This document shows, piece by piece, positions 9,909-19,154 of a stretch of DNA of 64,000 nt (positions within the stretch are counted from its first letter, which is position 1; each line of letters starts with the position of its first letter). The translations under genes and the position numbers were made by a program. The notes beneath the pieces are model-generated. The model did not search any database. It was not told the origin of the DNA and was given only the letters and a program-made list of their open reading frames with translations. The DNA comes from an uncultured Clostridia bacterium (GTDB taxonomy: Bacteria > Bacillota > Clostridia > Christensenellales > CAG-314): NCBI GenBank assembly GCA_944336125.1, contig CALVLA010000001.1:162516-226515 (forward strand). Reading direction: 5' to 3'.

Positions 9909-10354
9909 TATTTCCTTTTGTTTTTAAAAAACGACGAAAGCATTTGAGCGCACTCTTCTTTCAAAATGCCCCCTTCCACGTTGGGACGGTGATTAAACCG
10001 CTTGTCTGACGGCAAATCGTAAAGAGTTCCGCAACACCCCGCTTTTGGGTCGTAAGCTCCGAAAAAAATGTTTTTAATCCTTGCGTTTATGCATGCGCCC
10101 GCACACATCGGACACGGTTCGAGAGTAACGTACAAGTCGCACTCCTCAAGCCGCCAGCTGCCCACCTTTTTGCAGGCTTTTTCGATGGCAATCATTTCGG
10201 CGTGTTTTAAGGCGTTTTGCGTCTTTTGCCTGACGTTGTGTCCTCTGGCAATTACCTTTCCCTCTTTGACGATTACGCAACCCACAGGCACTTCGTCTTT
10301 GTCAAATGCCTTTTGCGCCTCCTTCATCGCCAGCTTCATAAACTTTTTTTCCAT
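9908..10354 (-). CDS. tadA: tRNA adenosine(34) deaminase
   Basis: EVPVG, HAE and TLEPCPMC motifs. Confidence 0.95.
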   Translation of the reverse strand: MEKKFMKLAMKEAQKAFDKDEVPVGCVIVKEGKVIARGHNVRQKTQNALKHAEMIAIEKACKKVGSWRLEECDLYVTLEPCPMCAGACINARIKNIFFGAYDPKAGCCGTLYDLPSDKRFNHRPNVEGGILKEECAQMLSSFFKNKRK

Positions 10355-11216
10355 ACTTTTTTTCCTTTGCCAAAGTGTTGAGCATTTTTTGCGGAACTTC
10401 CGCGTTTTTTTTGAAAATTTTGTCTATCTGCGAATAAGGATACGGATAACCGTACTTATCCTCGCCCACCTCGACGGTAACGGCAGGTATACGCAGTTTT
10501 TCGACGCACCAGTCTTTAAGTCCGCCTGCGCTTTGCGTCTGCCCCACCAAACGATAGCCCGTCTGCTTCGCGACGAATTTGGCAAGTCTGTAATCGCGCC
10601 ACTTCCTGAGTTTTTCCTGAAAAAACTGCCAAAAGATTATTTCGCCCTTAGTGTGATAAGTTATGAGATAATCGGGTTTGATTTTTTGCAGAAACTCGGC
10701 AAGGCATATGTTTTCGCTTTCGCTCATGGGCTTTTTGCCTACGTAACTGAACGGCGAAGGAAAAAACAAGTTTTGACTTCCCTCTCCCCAGTGCGCGTCG
10801 AAATTGGTGTTAAGGTCAACGCAGTCGGCGTTTGCTTTCCAGTTTGAAAAGTCATGTCCTCCGTTTACCTTCAAAATCTGCTTTACCCTTTGCTCGTCTT
10901 TTATGAACCCGACGCCCTCGGTGCAAATCCTCACCCCGTCCACGTTGTGCATGGGAACAAAGTAAATGCCGCCGTTTAACACCGTCTGATTTTTCAGGTA
11001 ATGCCTTATCTGCTTCATGACAAGCAGCGTAGTGATATGCTCCCTTGCGTGAGTAGACCCCACCACCACAAGCGAAGTGTCTGTTTTTTTGCCGAGAAAC
11101 ACATAAGGTATCTCAAAACCTAGCTGAGTTTTGCCGATAGTCCCTACTTCGATTCCCTGTTCTTTGAGTTGTTTAAGTTCGGCGATGAGGTCGCCGTAAA
11201 AATATGCTTTTTCCAC
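10302..11216 (-). CDS. M14 family zinc carboxypeptidase (gamma-D-Glu-mDAP peptidase-like)
   Basis: HAREH, VPMHNVDG, WKANA..VDLNTNF, YHTKG and catalytic TVEVG motifs. Confidence 0.85.
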   Translation of the reverse strand: MEKAYFYGDLIAELKQLKEQGIEVGTIGKTQLGFEIPYVFLGKKTDTSLVVVGSTHAREHITTLLVMKQIRHYLKNQTVLNGGIYFVPMHNVDGVRICTEGVGFIKDEQRVKQILKVNGGHDFSNWKANADCVDLNTNFDAHWGEGSQNLFFPSPFSYVGKKPMSESENICLAEFLQKIKPDYLITYHTKGEIIFWQFFQEKLRKWRDYRLAKFVAKQTGYRLVGQTQSAGGLKDWCVEKLRIPAVTVEVGEDKYGYPYPYSQIDKIFKKNAEVPQKMLNTLAKEKKYGKKVYEAGDEGGAKGI

Positions 11217-11263
11217 ACAAAATTATATGCGAAAAAAGACAGAAAATAATAGACGGTTTGTCC

Positions 11264-11734
11264 TTATTTGTGATAAGTCGAACCGCCCGAAATCATAAAA
11301 GCGCGATAAATCTGCTCGCACAAAATCACCCTCATAAGTTGGTGAGGAAAGGTCATTTTTCCGAAAGAAAGGCTGAAATGACATTTGCTTTTTACTTCTT
11401 CCGACAGTCCGTAAGAGCCGCCTATGACAAAAGTCAATGTGCTGAATTGGTTTTTTACAGACTCGATCTTTTTGGAAAGTTCAACGCTGTCAAGGTTTTG
11501 TCCTTTTATGTCAAGGCACACGCAGTAACCTTCGAGTTTGGAAATCACGTCGGCACCTTCATACGCCAAAGCCTTTTCGATTTCGCCTTTTGAAGGCTCT
11601 TTTTTAAAGGCGTATTCTTTGGTTTCGCACACCTCCGCCTTGCAAAAACGCCCCAACCTTTTGACATATTCGTCAACCGCTTGCGAAAAAAACTTTTCCT
11701 TGACGTCGCCCACGCACACAATTTTGATTTTCAT
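11264..11734 (-). CDS. rlmH: 23S rRNA pseudouridine(1915)-N3 methyltransferase
   Basis: FVIGGSYGL, TFPHQLMRVILCEQIYRA and C-terminal YHK. Confidence 0.95.
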   Translation of the reverse strand: MKIKIVCVGDVKEKFFSQAVDEYVKRLGRFCKAEVCETKEYAFKKEPSKGEIEKALAYEGADVISKLEGYCVCLDIKGQNLDSVELSKKIESVKNQFSTLTFVIGGSYGLSEEVKSKCHFSLSFGKMTFPHQLMRVILCEQIYRAFMISGGSTYHK

Positions 11735-11735
11735 T

Positions 11736-12692
11736 TCAGCTCACAAACATCATAACCCACATGGCGAGACAGAAAAAACCGGCGCCCATGTAGTACGGCA
11801 TTGCCTTGACCTTGCTCAAATTGAAGTTTTTCACTTCCTCTTCGGTAGGCGATTCTTGCTGTTGCTTTGCGTTTTTGACAAACAACCACAAAAGCGGAAG
11901 TATCACGGCAAGCGAAAGCAGCATTACCCACCACCAGTTGGAAATCACAAAATTTTCAAAACCCGTACCGGTGAGATATCCGAACAAAAGCACTGCAAAG
12001 TTGTTGACGAAATGGAAAATAACGGTAGTCCACAGCGAACGCGTCGTCAGGTAAATTAGCGCCATAACGATGCCCATGATAAGCGGATGAACGGTTTGGA
12101 AAGGCGACTGATGCATAAAGGTAAACAACAAAGCCGACAAAAACAGTGCCTGCAAATCGAGTTTTACGCCGGGACGCGAAAGCGAATTGCAAACAAAGCC
12201 GCGGTAAACCGTTTCCTCGCACAAAGCCGGCATAACGGCAACCAGCAAAACGGCAAGCATAAACACGCCGAAATTGTTAAGTTCCGGCATAGGCGTGGAA
12301 TTGCTTGAAACTCCCGCGTTGATGAGCAGATTTGACACCGCATTTTGTATAGGATAGTTAAAACACAAAAGCGCGAAGGAAAGCAAAACCGTAGCTCCTA
12401 TCTGCCAAAGTTTCAATTTGTTTTTCATGCCCACGGCAGTCGGAAAATCTATTTTCTTTTTAAACGAAATGTACAAAAAGGATATCGCCATCAAAAACTG
12501 GCTCAAAAAAGCAAGAACCCAGTATCTAACCGACATGTCGGCAAGAAAGCTTTCGTTTGCGTTTATGATAAATGCCAGAATAACGCTTACGAGCGCGGGA
12601 AGAAAAACCGCAATGGCAAAAACCACTCCTCCGTCGTGAGGCGTCAAAAATTTTCTTTTGTCACTCAACTTCAAAAACCTCGCTTTTTTCAA
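11736..12692 (-). CDS. CPBP (CAAX/Abi) family intramembrane metalloprotease
   Basis: EETVYRG, FxxxH and HFVNN motifs in a polytopic membrane protein. Confidence 0.88.
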   Translation of the reverse strand: MKKARFLKLSDKRKFLTPHDGGVVFAIAVFLPALVSVILAFIINANESFLADMSVRYWVLAFLSQFLMAISFLYISFKKKIDFPTAVGMKNKLKLWQIGATVLLSFALLCFNYPIQNAVSNLLINAGVSSNSTPMPELNNFGVFMLAVLLVAVMPALCEETVYRGFVCNSLSRPGVKLDLQALFLSALLFTFMHQSPFQTVHPLIMGIVMALIYLTTRSLWTTVIFHFVNNFAVLLFGYLTGTGFENFVISNWWWVMLLSLAVILPLLWLFVKNAKQQQESPTEEEVKNFNLSKVKAMPYYMGAGFFCLAMWVMMFVS

Positions 12693-13443
12693 ATTGTTTA
12701 ACTACGTTGATTTTTATGTCTTTTCCCTCTTGCAGTCCGTTTTTTTCAAGCTCGTTGCAAGCCGTAAAAAAGGCTGTTTCGGGAGTGTTGTTGTTTTGGC
12801 TCAAGTGTCCGAGAAGCAGTCGCCTGACCCCGCAGGAGCAAAATTTGACCGCCGTTTGCGCCGCTTTTTCGTTTGACAGGTGACCGAACCTTCCCGCAAT
12901 CCTTTTTTTTAGCAGATACGGATAGTCTCCGTTTGAAAGCATAAACTCGTCGTGATTGCTTTCGAGAAGCACTAAGCGACAGTTTTTGCAAAAATTGACG
13001 ATTTTGTTGTCTACTTCGCCGATGTCGGTAATTTGCGCCACGGCGTTTTTGCCGTCGTCGAAGCGGTAACCTACGCAGTATGAACTGTCGTGAGAGCAGA
13101 CGAAAGTCGAAACCGAAAGGTCCTTGAAACGAAAATCTTCTTCAAAAGGAGTAAGCAGATGGTTTGTCCAGTAAAGCTTTTTGGCCAGTTCCAGAAATCC
13201 TTTTTTATGCACAAAAACCCTTGGTCTGTACTTTTTGCAAAAGGCGTCAAGCCCGAAAATATGATCGTTATGCTCGTGGGTTACGAAAATAGCGTCGATT
13301 TTGTAGGCGGAAATGTTTTCTTCCGCAAGAAATTTTTCAAGAGTATTGAGATTTATTCCGCAGTCGACAAGAATTTTCGATTGTTCCGAAATAATCAGCG
13401 AGCAGTTTCCCTTGCTGCCGCTTGTAAGTGAGCAAAACTTCAT
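12661..13443 (-). CDS. MBL-fold metallohydrolase (YycJ/WalJ-like)
   Basis: SGSKGN, THEHNDH, SHDS, LESNHD, GHLSN and HLSQNNN motifs. Confidence 0.9.
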   Translation of the reverse strand: MKFCSLTSGSKGNCSLIISEQSKILVDCGINLNTLEKFLAEENISAYKIDAIFVTHEHNDHIFGLDAFCKKYRPRVFVHKKGFLELAKKLYWTNHLLTPFEEDFRFKDLSVSTFVCSHDSSYCVGYRFDDGKNAVAQITDIGEVDNKIVNFCKNCRLVLLESNHDEFMLSNGDYPYLLKKRIAGRFGHLSNEKAAQTAVKFCSCGVRRLLLGHLSQNNNTPETAFFTACNELEKNGLQEGKDIKINVVKQFEKSEVFEVE

Positions 13444-13528
13444 TTTATGATTATAACAGACTTAAAAAAAATCAACAACAAAATTCAATCTCTTGCGGCA
13501 GGGGGCTTTGATGTGATAAAATTTGCCC

Positions 13529-14368
13529 ATGAGAAAGATAAACACTGAAAAAATTTACGCCGCAGTCAAGGAAATGGCATTACACTGCTGCTGCAACGTA
13601 GACGAAGGAACACTCAACCTTTTGCAAAAAGCCGAGGAAAGGGAAATTTGTCCTGCGGCTAAATTTGCATTGCAAACGATAATCAAATCTGATTTAAAAG
13701 CCGCAGAGCAAAACGTGCCAGCATGTCAGGACACGGGTATGGCGGTTATTTTTCTCGACGTGGGACAAGACGTGTTTTTGGAAGGCGAATTTGTGGAAGA
13801 CGCGATCAACAGAAGCATAATGGAAGCCTATGAGGAAGGATTTTTCCGCAAAAGCGTGCTTGATCCGCTGACTCGCGTCAACACCAAAACAAATTTGCCT
13901 GCAGTTATACACACTAGCATCACAAAAGGCGACAAAGTAAAAGTCAGCTTTTTGGCAAAAGGCTTCGGAAGCGAAAACATGTCGAGAGTGTATATGCTTA
14001 CCCCGTCGCAGGGCATGGAAGGAATTATCGACAGTGTGGTCGAAACGGTAAAATACGCGGGCTCAAACCCTTGCCCTCCAGTAGTTATCGGGGTAGGTAT
14101 AGGCGGTACTTTCGAAAAAGCAGCCATCATGTCAAAACGCGCGCTGCTTCGCGAAGCAAACAGCGTCAACGAGGACGAGACGCTTTCTCAGCTTGAAAAA
14201 ACTTTGCTTGAAAAAATAAACGAAACTGACGTGGGAGCGCAAGGCTTCGGCGGGAACAACACCTGTCTTGCGATTTATGCCGAAAAGTACCCTACCCACC
14301 TTGCGGGGCTTCCACTCGCAATAAACGTGCAGTGCCACTCGGTAAGGCACATGACAAAAGAAATTTGA
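13529..14368 (+). CDS. Fe-S hydro-lyase, fumarate/tartrate family, alpha subunit
   Basis: CQDTG, KGFGSEN, NPCPP..GVGIGG and QCHSVRH motifs. Confidence 0.92.
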   Translation: MRKINTEKIYAAVKEMALHCCCNVDEGTLNLLQKAEEREICPAAKFALQTIIKSDLKAAEQNVPACQDTGMAVIFLDVGQDVFLEGEFVEDAINRSIMEAYEEGFFRKSVLDPLTRVNTKTNLPAVIHTSITKGDKVKVSFLAKGFGSENMSRVYMLTPSQGMEGIIDSVVETVKYAGSNPCPPVVIGVGIGGTFEKAAIMSKRALLREANSVNEDETLSQLEKTLLEKINETDVGAQGFGGNNTCLAIYAEKYPTHLAGLPLAINVQCHSVRHMTKEI

Positions 14369-14376
14369 GGTAAAAA

Positions 14377-14901
14377 ATGAAAAAAATAAATCTGCCTCTT
14401 GACGAAAACACAATCGAAAGCCTGTCTGCAGGCGACTCGGTATTAATAAGCGGTCAAATGTTTACCTCGCGCGACGCGGGGCACAAAAGGCTTGTCGCAA
14501 TGATTGAAAAAGACGAAAAACTTCCTATTGACATCAAGGGACACACCGTTTACTACGTAGGTCCCTGCCCTAAAAAGGAAGGTCAGGTGATAGGCTCCTG
14601 CGGCCCCACCACTTCGGGAAGGTGCGACGCCTACACCCCTTTGCTTCTTCAAAAGGGACTTAAAGGAATGGTTGGAAAAGGCTGGCGAAACGAAAAGGTC
14701 ATTGAGGAAATGAAAAAACAAAAAGCCGTTTACTTTGCGGCGGTAGGCGGCGCAGGCGCGCTGTACGCCGACTGCGTAAAGGAAGCCAAACTCATAGCCT
14801 TTGAGGATCTCGGCGCCGAAGCGCTTTACCTTTTGACGGTAAAAGACTTCCCCGCAATCGTGGCAGTGGACAGCAAAGGAAACTCGGTTTATCAAAAATA
14901 A
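14377..14901 (+). CDS. Fe-S hydro-lyase, fumarate/tartrate family, beta subunit
   Basis: RDAGHKR, GPTTSGR, GGAGAL and DLGAEA motifs. Confidence 0.92.
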   Translation: MKKINLPLDENTIESLSAGDSVLISGQMFTSRDAGHKRLVAMIEKDEKLPIDIKGHTVYYVGPCPKKEGQVIGSCGPTTSGRCDAYTPLLLQKGLKGMVGKGWRNEKVIEEMKKQKAVYFAAVGGAGALYADCVKEAKLIAFEDLGAEALYLLTVKDFPAIVAVDSKGNSVYQK

Positions 14902-14933
14902 AAAGCAGGCAAACGCCTGCTTTTGTTTTTTTG

Positions 14934-17225
14934 TTATTTTTTGTCGTTGTCGCGAAGTGCCACACGGCGGATTTTTCCGCTGATTGTTTTCGGCAAAGTT
15001 TCGACGAATTCTACCACGCGAGGATATTTGTAAGGAGCGGTGTGTTCCTTGACGTAAACCTGAATTTGTTTTTTAAGTTCCTCGCTCGGAAGCGTGTCTT
15101 TGGTAAGTACGATCGTGGCTTTTACCACCTGTCCCCTTATCGGATCAGGAGTACCCGTGACGGCACATTCGAGTACGAAAGGAAGCTCCATGATGACGCT
15201 TTCGATTTCGAAAGGTCCGATACGGTAACCGGAACTCTTGATGACGTCGTCTGTTCTGCCGACGTACCAGAAGTAGCCTTCCTCGTCTTTCCATGCCATG
15301 TCACCTGTGTGGTAAATGTCGTTGGACCACGTTTCGTTTGTTTTTTCGTCGTTGTGGTAGTAACCTGCAAAAAGTCCGCAAGGAGCGCCGTATTTGGTGC
15401 TTATGCAAATTTCGCCCACTTCACCCACTTTGACAGGATTGCCCTCTGAGTCGAGAAGTTCGACGTTGTACTGCGGAGTAGGTTTTCCCATTGAGCCGGG
15501 ACGAGGTTCCATACCGATGAGGTTTGCGAGAACCAAAGTCGTTTCCGTCTGACCGAAGCCTTCCATAAGTTTGAGACCCGTTGCTTTGAGCCACTGCTCA
15601 AAAACTTCAGGGTTAAGGGCTTCGCCGGCAATCGTAGTGTGTTTAAGCGAAGACAAATCGTACTTCGAAAGGTCTTCCTTAATGAAAAAGCGGTACATTG
15701 TAGGAGGCGCGCAGAAAGTAGTTATGTTATACTTTTTGAAAAGCGGCAAAATGTCGTGAGCGTCAAACTTTGTAAAATCGTAAGTGAATACCGCCGCTTC
15801 GCAAAGCCATTGTCCGTAAAGTTTTCCCCAAACGGCCTTGCCCCAGCCGGTATCCGCGATTGTAAAGTGCAGTCCGTTAGGATCGACGTGGTGCCAGTAC
15901 CTCGCGGTTACGATGTGTCCCAAAGGATAAAGGAAGGTATGTGCCGCGATTTTAGGATAACCGGTGGTACCCGACGTAAAGTACATGATCATAAGGTCGT
16001 CGTTTGTAACGTCGGCGTCGCCCTTAGGACGCTCGAACACGTCGGAGCATTTTTCAATTTCGTCGTCAAAGTTGTCCCAGCCTTCCCTGTGGTCGTTGAC
16101 AAGCATTTTGATTTGCATTGTAGGACTTGTTTCGCAAGCAAGCTCAACCTGATGAGGAACGTCGTTTTCGTTTGTAGCGACTATTGCTTTTACGCCTGCC
16201 GCGTTAAAACGGTATTCGAAGTCATGCTGCACAAGAAGGTGAGTTGCCGGAATAACGATTGCGCCGATTTTGTGGAGAGCAAGGATAGCGATCCAGAACT
16301 GGTAATGACGTTGGAGAACAAGCATAACCCTGTCCCCTTTTTTGATGCCTTTCGAAAGGAAGTAGTTTGCGGCTTTTGCCGAAAGACGTTTCATGTCGCC
16401 GAAAGAGAAATCCCTCACTTCCTTGTCTTTTGAAAGCCAAAGCATCGCGCGTTTGTCAGGCGACTTGTCTGCGATAGCGTCAACTACGTCAAAAGCGAAG
16501 TTGAAGTTGCGAGGCGGGCAAAACTTGATTTCTTCAAGTTCACCGTGTTTATTTTCCCTGACCTTAACGAACTTGTGGAATACGCATTTGGAGTAGTCGT
16601 AATCCTTGTCGTTGTCGAACTCGTAATTTTCGTGCATTTCGTGAGGAAGCTTAAATTCCTCGGTAGTACCGTGGACTACCACAGCCAAAAACTCACAGTC
16701 CTTTCCTACCGCAACCATTCCGTGAGGCTTGGTGCTGTCGTAATAAATGCAGTCGCCCTCATTCAAAACTTCGATGTGCTTGTCGACTTGAACTTTGAGG
16801 GTTCCCTTGATGACGTAGTCAAACTCTTCTCCCGCGTGCTGAGTGAGGCTTATCGGAGAGTTTTCAAGAGTGTTGGAGTGCTTTGCCACACAAAAATAAG
16901 GCTGCGACAGTTTGTCCTTTTTGAGTGAAGCCAAGTTGTAGTAAGCAAAGCCGTCGCGCGGTTCAAGCGGCAAGCCCTCGCCTTTTCTTACTACCTGCCA
17001 AGTGGCAAGAGTAGCCGATTTACCCGAGATAAGTTCCGAAACGTCAATGCCCAACGCTCCGGCACAGCGGTAAAGAAAAGTAAAAGCAAAGTCCATTTCG
17101 CCGTCTTCGGCTTTGAGATAGTCTGAAAGAGAAACGCCGATTTCGTCAGCCATTTCCTGCTGGGTTTTGCCTACGACGAGGCGCAAACCTCTGATTCGTT
17201 CTGCGATTTGTTGTACAGTGTCCAT
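14934..17225 (-). CDS. Fusion of XRE HTH, cupin and acyl-CoA synthetase (AMP-binding) domains
   Basis: N-terminal HTH (IRGLRLVVGKTQQEMA), cupin (HAGEEFDYV..YYDSTKPHGM), then YFTSGTTGYPK, EGFGQTET, YHTGD, GRTDD and LPKTISGKI; AAGGAG SD before ATG 17225. Confidence 0.9.
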   Translation of the reverse strand: MDTVQQIAERIRGLRLVVGKTQQEMADEIGVSLSDYLKAEDGEMDFAFTFLYRCAGALGIDVSELISGKSATLATWQVVRKGEGLPLEPRDGFAYYNLASLKKDKLSQPYFCVAKHSNTLENSPISLTQHAGEEFDYVIKGTLKVQVDKHIEVLNEGDCIYYDSTKPHGMVAVGKDCEFLAVVVHGTTEEFKLPHEMHENYEFDNDKDYDYSKCVFHKFVKVRENKHGELEEIKFCPPRNFNFAFDVVDAIADKSPDKRAMLWLSKDKEVRDFSFGDMKRLSAKAANYFLSKGIKKGDRVMLVLQRHYQFWIAILALHKIGAIVIPATHLLVQHDFEYRFNAAGVKAIVATNENDVPHQVELACETSPTMQIKMLVNDHREGWDNFDDEIEKCSDVFERPKGDADVTNDDLMIMYFTSGTTGYPKIAAHTFLYPLGHIVTARYWHHVDPNGLHFTIADTGWGKAVWGKLYGQWLCEAAVFTYDFTKFDAHDILPLFKKYNITTFCAPPTMYRFFIKEDLSKYDLSSLKHTTIAGEALNPEVFEQWLKATGLKLMEGFGQTETTLVLANLIGMEPRPGSMGKPTPQYNVELLDSEGNPVKVGEVGEICISTKYGAPCGLFAGYYHNDEKTNETWSNDIYHTGDMAWKDEEGYFWYVGRTDDVIKSSGYRIGPFEIESVIMELPFVLECAVTGTPDPIRGQVVKATIVLTKDTLPSEELKKQIQVYVKEHTAPYKYPRVVEFVETLPKTISGKIRRVALRDNDKK

Positions 17226-17237
17226 AGTAACTCCTTG

Positions 17238-17497
17238 AAAAAGAAAAACGCCCCAAACGCAGGTTTGGGACGAATAAAAACATATCCGCGGTACCACCCA
17301 AATTGATACGCAAGCGTATCCGCTCTGAGGCTCACACAAGCCCAAGACATATTACGGTGTCAACCGGAGCGACTTACTAAGGTTCTGCCGCCCTGCTAAG
17401 AAAGGGATAAACTGTTTAAAGGGTAACCGACTCGCACCACCCGTCGGCTCTCTGACTGCCTGAAAAAAACAATCCGTGTCTTTCGTCAACGCATTTA
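17238..17497 (-). promoter_or_regulatory. T-box riboswitch (transcriptional); specifier possibly AUC (Ile)
   Basis: Minus strand reads GCGTTGACGAAAG (GA motif), AGAGA bulge, GGTGCGA apical loop, stem II with GAA/AGTA, T-box AATTTGGGTGGTACCGCG (17304-17287), then terminator CGTCCCAAAC-CTGC-GTTTGGGGCG-TTTTT. Confidence 0.92.
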
Positions 17498-17646
17498 GGG
17501 GTTTTCAAATTTAACGGAAGTATAACACAACGAAAATCAAAAGTAAAGGAAATTGAAGCATTTTTTGCAAAAGGAAAAAAGGCGTATTGTTGGCAAAACG
17601 CCAGAAAAATAAATAACCCCGACAAAAAGTGGCATACTGTCAACAT

Positions 17647-17847
17647 ATGGAGATAGGAAAAGTAATCAAGGAATTGCGTGAAGAAAGGAACTTGACGCAA
17701 CAGCAGCTGGCGAGTGCATTGAATGTTGACAAAAGCACGATAGCAAAGTATGAGACAGGCGACAGACTGCCCAACATCGAGATGTCGGTAAAGCTGGCGT
17801 TGTTTTTCAACGTAACGACAGACTATCTTTTCGGAATAGAGAAATGA
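17647..17847 (+). CDS. Small XRE-family HTH transcriptional regulator
   Basis: IKELREERNLTQQQLA..STIAKYETG..LALFFNVTTDYL pattern. Confidence 0.85.
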   Translation: MEIGKVIKELREERNLTQQQLASALNVDKSTIAKYETGDRLPNIEMSVKLALFFNVTTDYLFGIEK

Positions 17848-17859
17848 CAAACCCGCAAC

Positions 17860-17913
17860 GCGGATTTTTTTGACGTAACGGCAGACTGGCTCATCGAAAG
17901 AGAAAAATGGTAA
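17860..17913 (+). pseudogene. Remnant of a second XRE HTH gene (C-terminal fragment)
   Basis: Translates ADFFDVTADWLIEREKW*, paralleling ALFFNVTTDYLFGIEK* of the upstream gene; no in-frame start. Confidence 0.5.
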
Positions 17914-17948
17914 AAAAAGACGGCAAATGCCGTCTTTTTTGTTTTTAT

Positions 17949-19154
17949 TTAAGCAAGTTCTTTTGCAAGTCTTTTTGCGATTTCAGTGATGAACTCGTTT
18001 GTGTTGACCGCCGTGGTTTTGCCTTCGGCGAGGGACACGAGGTCTTTTGTCATTATGCCCTCTTTCAATGTGTCGAGGCTTGCTTTTTCAAGTTTTTCGC
18101 CAAAAGCCACAAGGTCAGGCAAATTGTCAAGCTCGCCGCGCTTTTTAAACGCACCGCTCCATGCAAATATGGTTGCCATAGGGTTTGTAGAAGTTGTTTC
18201 CCCTTTGAGATGTTTGTAGTAGTGTTTGGTGACTGTGCCGTGAGCAGCCTCATACTCGTATTTTCCGTCAGGCGAAACAAGCACGCTTGTCATCATGGCG
18301 AGAGAGCCGAACGCGGTTGAAACCATGTCGCTCATGACGTCGCCGTCGTAGTTTTTGCATGCCCAGATGTAGCCGCCTTCAGAACGGATTACCCTTGCCA
18401 CCGCGTCGTCAATGAGAGTGTAGAAATATTCCAGACCGTTTTTTTCGAAATCGGCTTTGTAATATTTTTCGTAAATGTCCTCAAAAATCTGTTTGAAGTT
18501 TCCGTCGTAAACTTTTGCAATGGTGTCCTTTGTCGAAAACCAAAGGTCCTGCTTGCTGTCGAGAGCAAACTTGAAGCAAGCGTGAGCAAATGAGGAAATG
18601 GAGCTGTCAAGGTTGTGCGCCCCTTGCAAAACGCCGGAACCCTTCATGTCCTGAACCACCACTTTTTGAACCTTGCCGCTTTTGCCGGTGAACACAAGTT
18701 CGGCAACGCCGGGTTCGTCTGTTTTGAGGTCAACGCTTTTGTAAACGTCGCCGTAAGCATGACGGGCAATGGTGATTGGTTTTTTCCAATTTTTGACTGC
18801 AGGCTTAATGCTGTCGATAATGATAGGCGCGCGGAAAACCGTTCCGTCGAGAGCCGCCCTTATGGTACCGTTAGGGCTTTTCCACATCTGTTTGAGGTTG
18901 TACTCGCTCATACGCTGTTTGTTAGGCGTAATGGTTGCGCACTTGACGGCAACGCCAAGTCTTTTTGTCGCTTCCGCCGCGTCGAGGGTAACTTTGTCCT
19001 CTGTTTCGTCGCGGTGAACGAGGCCAAGGTCGTAGTATTCCGTTTTAAGGTCAACGAAAGGAAGGATGAGTTTGTCTTTTATTTCCTGCCAGATAATTCT
19101 GGTCATTTCGTCGCCGTCCATTTCGACGAGCGGCGTTTTCATTTGAATTTTCAT
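17949..19154 (-). CDS. icd: NADP-dependent isocitrate dehydrogenase
   Basis: [35 protein letters not shown] and EAAHGTV motifs. Confidence 0.95.
   Translation of the reverse strand: MKIQMKTPLVEMDGDEMTRIIWQEIKDKLILPFVDLKTEYYDLGLVHRDETEDKVTLDAAEATKRLGVAVKCATITPNKQRMSEYNLKQMWKSPNGTIRAALDGTVFRAPIIIDSIKPAVKNWKKPITIARHAYGDVYKSVDLKTDEPGVAELVFTGKSGKVQKVVVQDMKGSGVLQGAHNLDSSISSFAHACFKFALDSKQDLWFSTKDTIAKVYDGNFKQIFEDIYEKYYKADFEKNGLEYFYTLIDDAVARVIRSEGGYIWACKNYDGDVMSDMVSTAFGSLAMMTSVLVSPDGKYEYEAAHGTVTKHYYKHLKGETTSTNPMATIFAWSGAFKKRGELDNLPDLVAFGEKLEKASLDTLKEGIMTKDLVSLAEGKTTAVNTNEFITEIAKRLAKELA

Noticed and set aside
17226-17345. N-terminal extension of the acyl-CoA ligase ORF to 17345
   Set aside because: The region is the T-box antiterminator/terminator; the SD supports ATG 17225.
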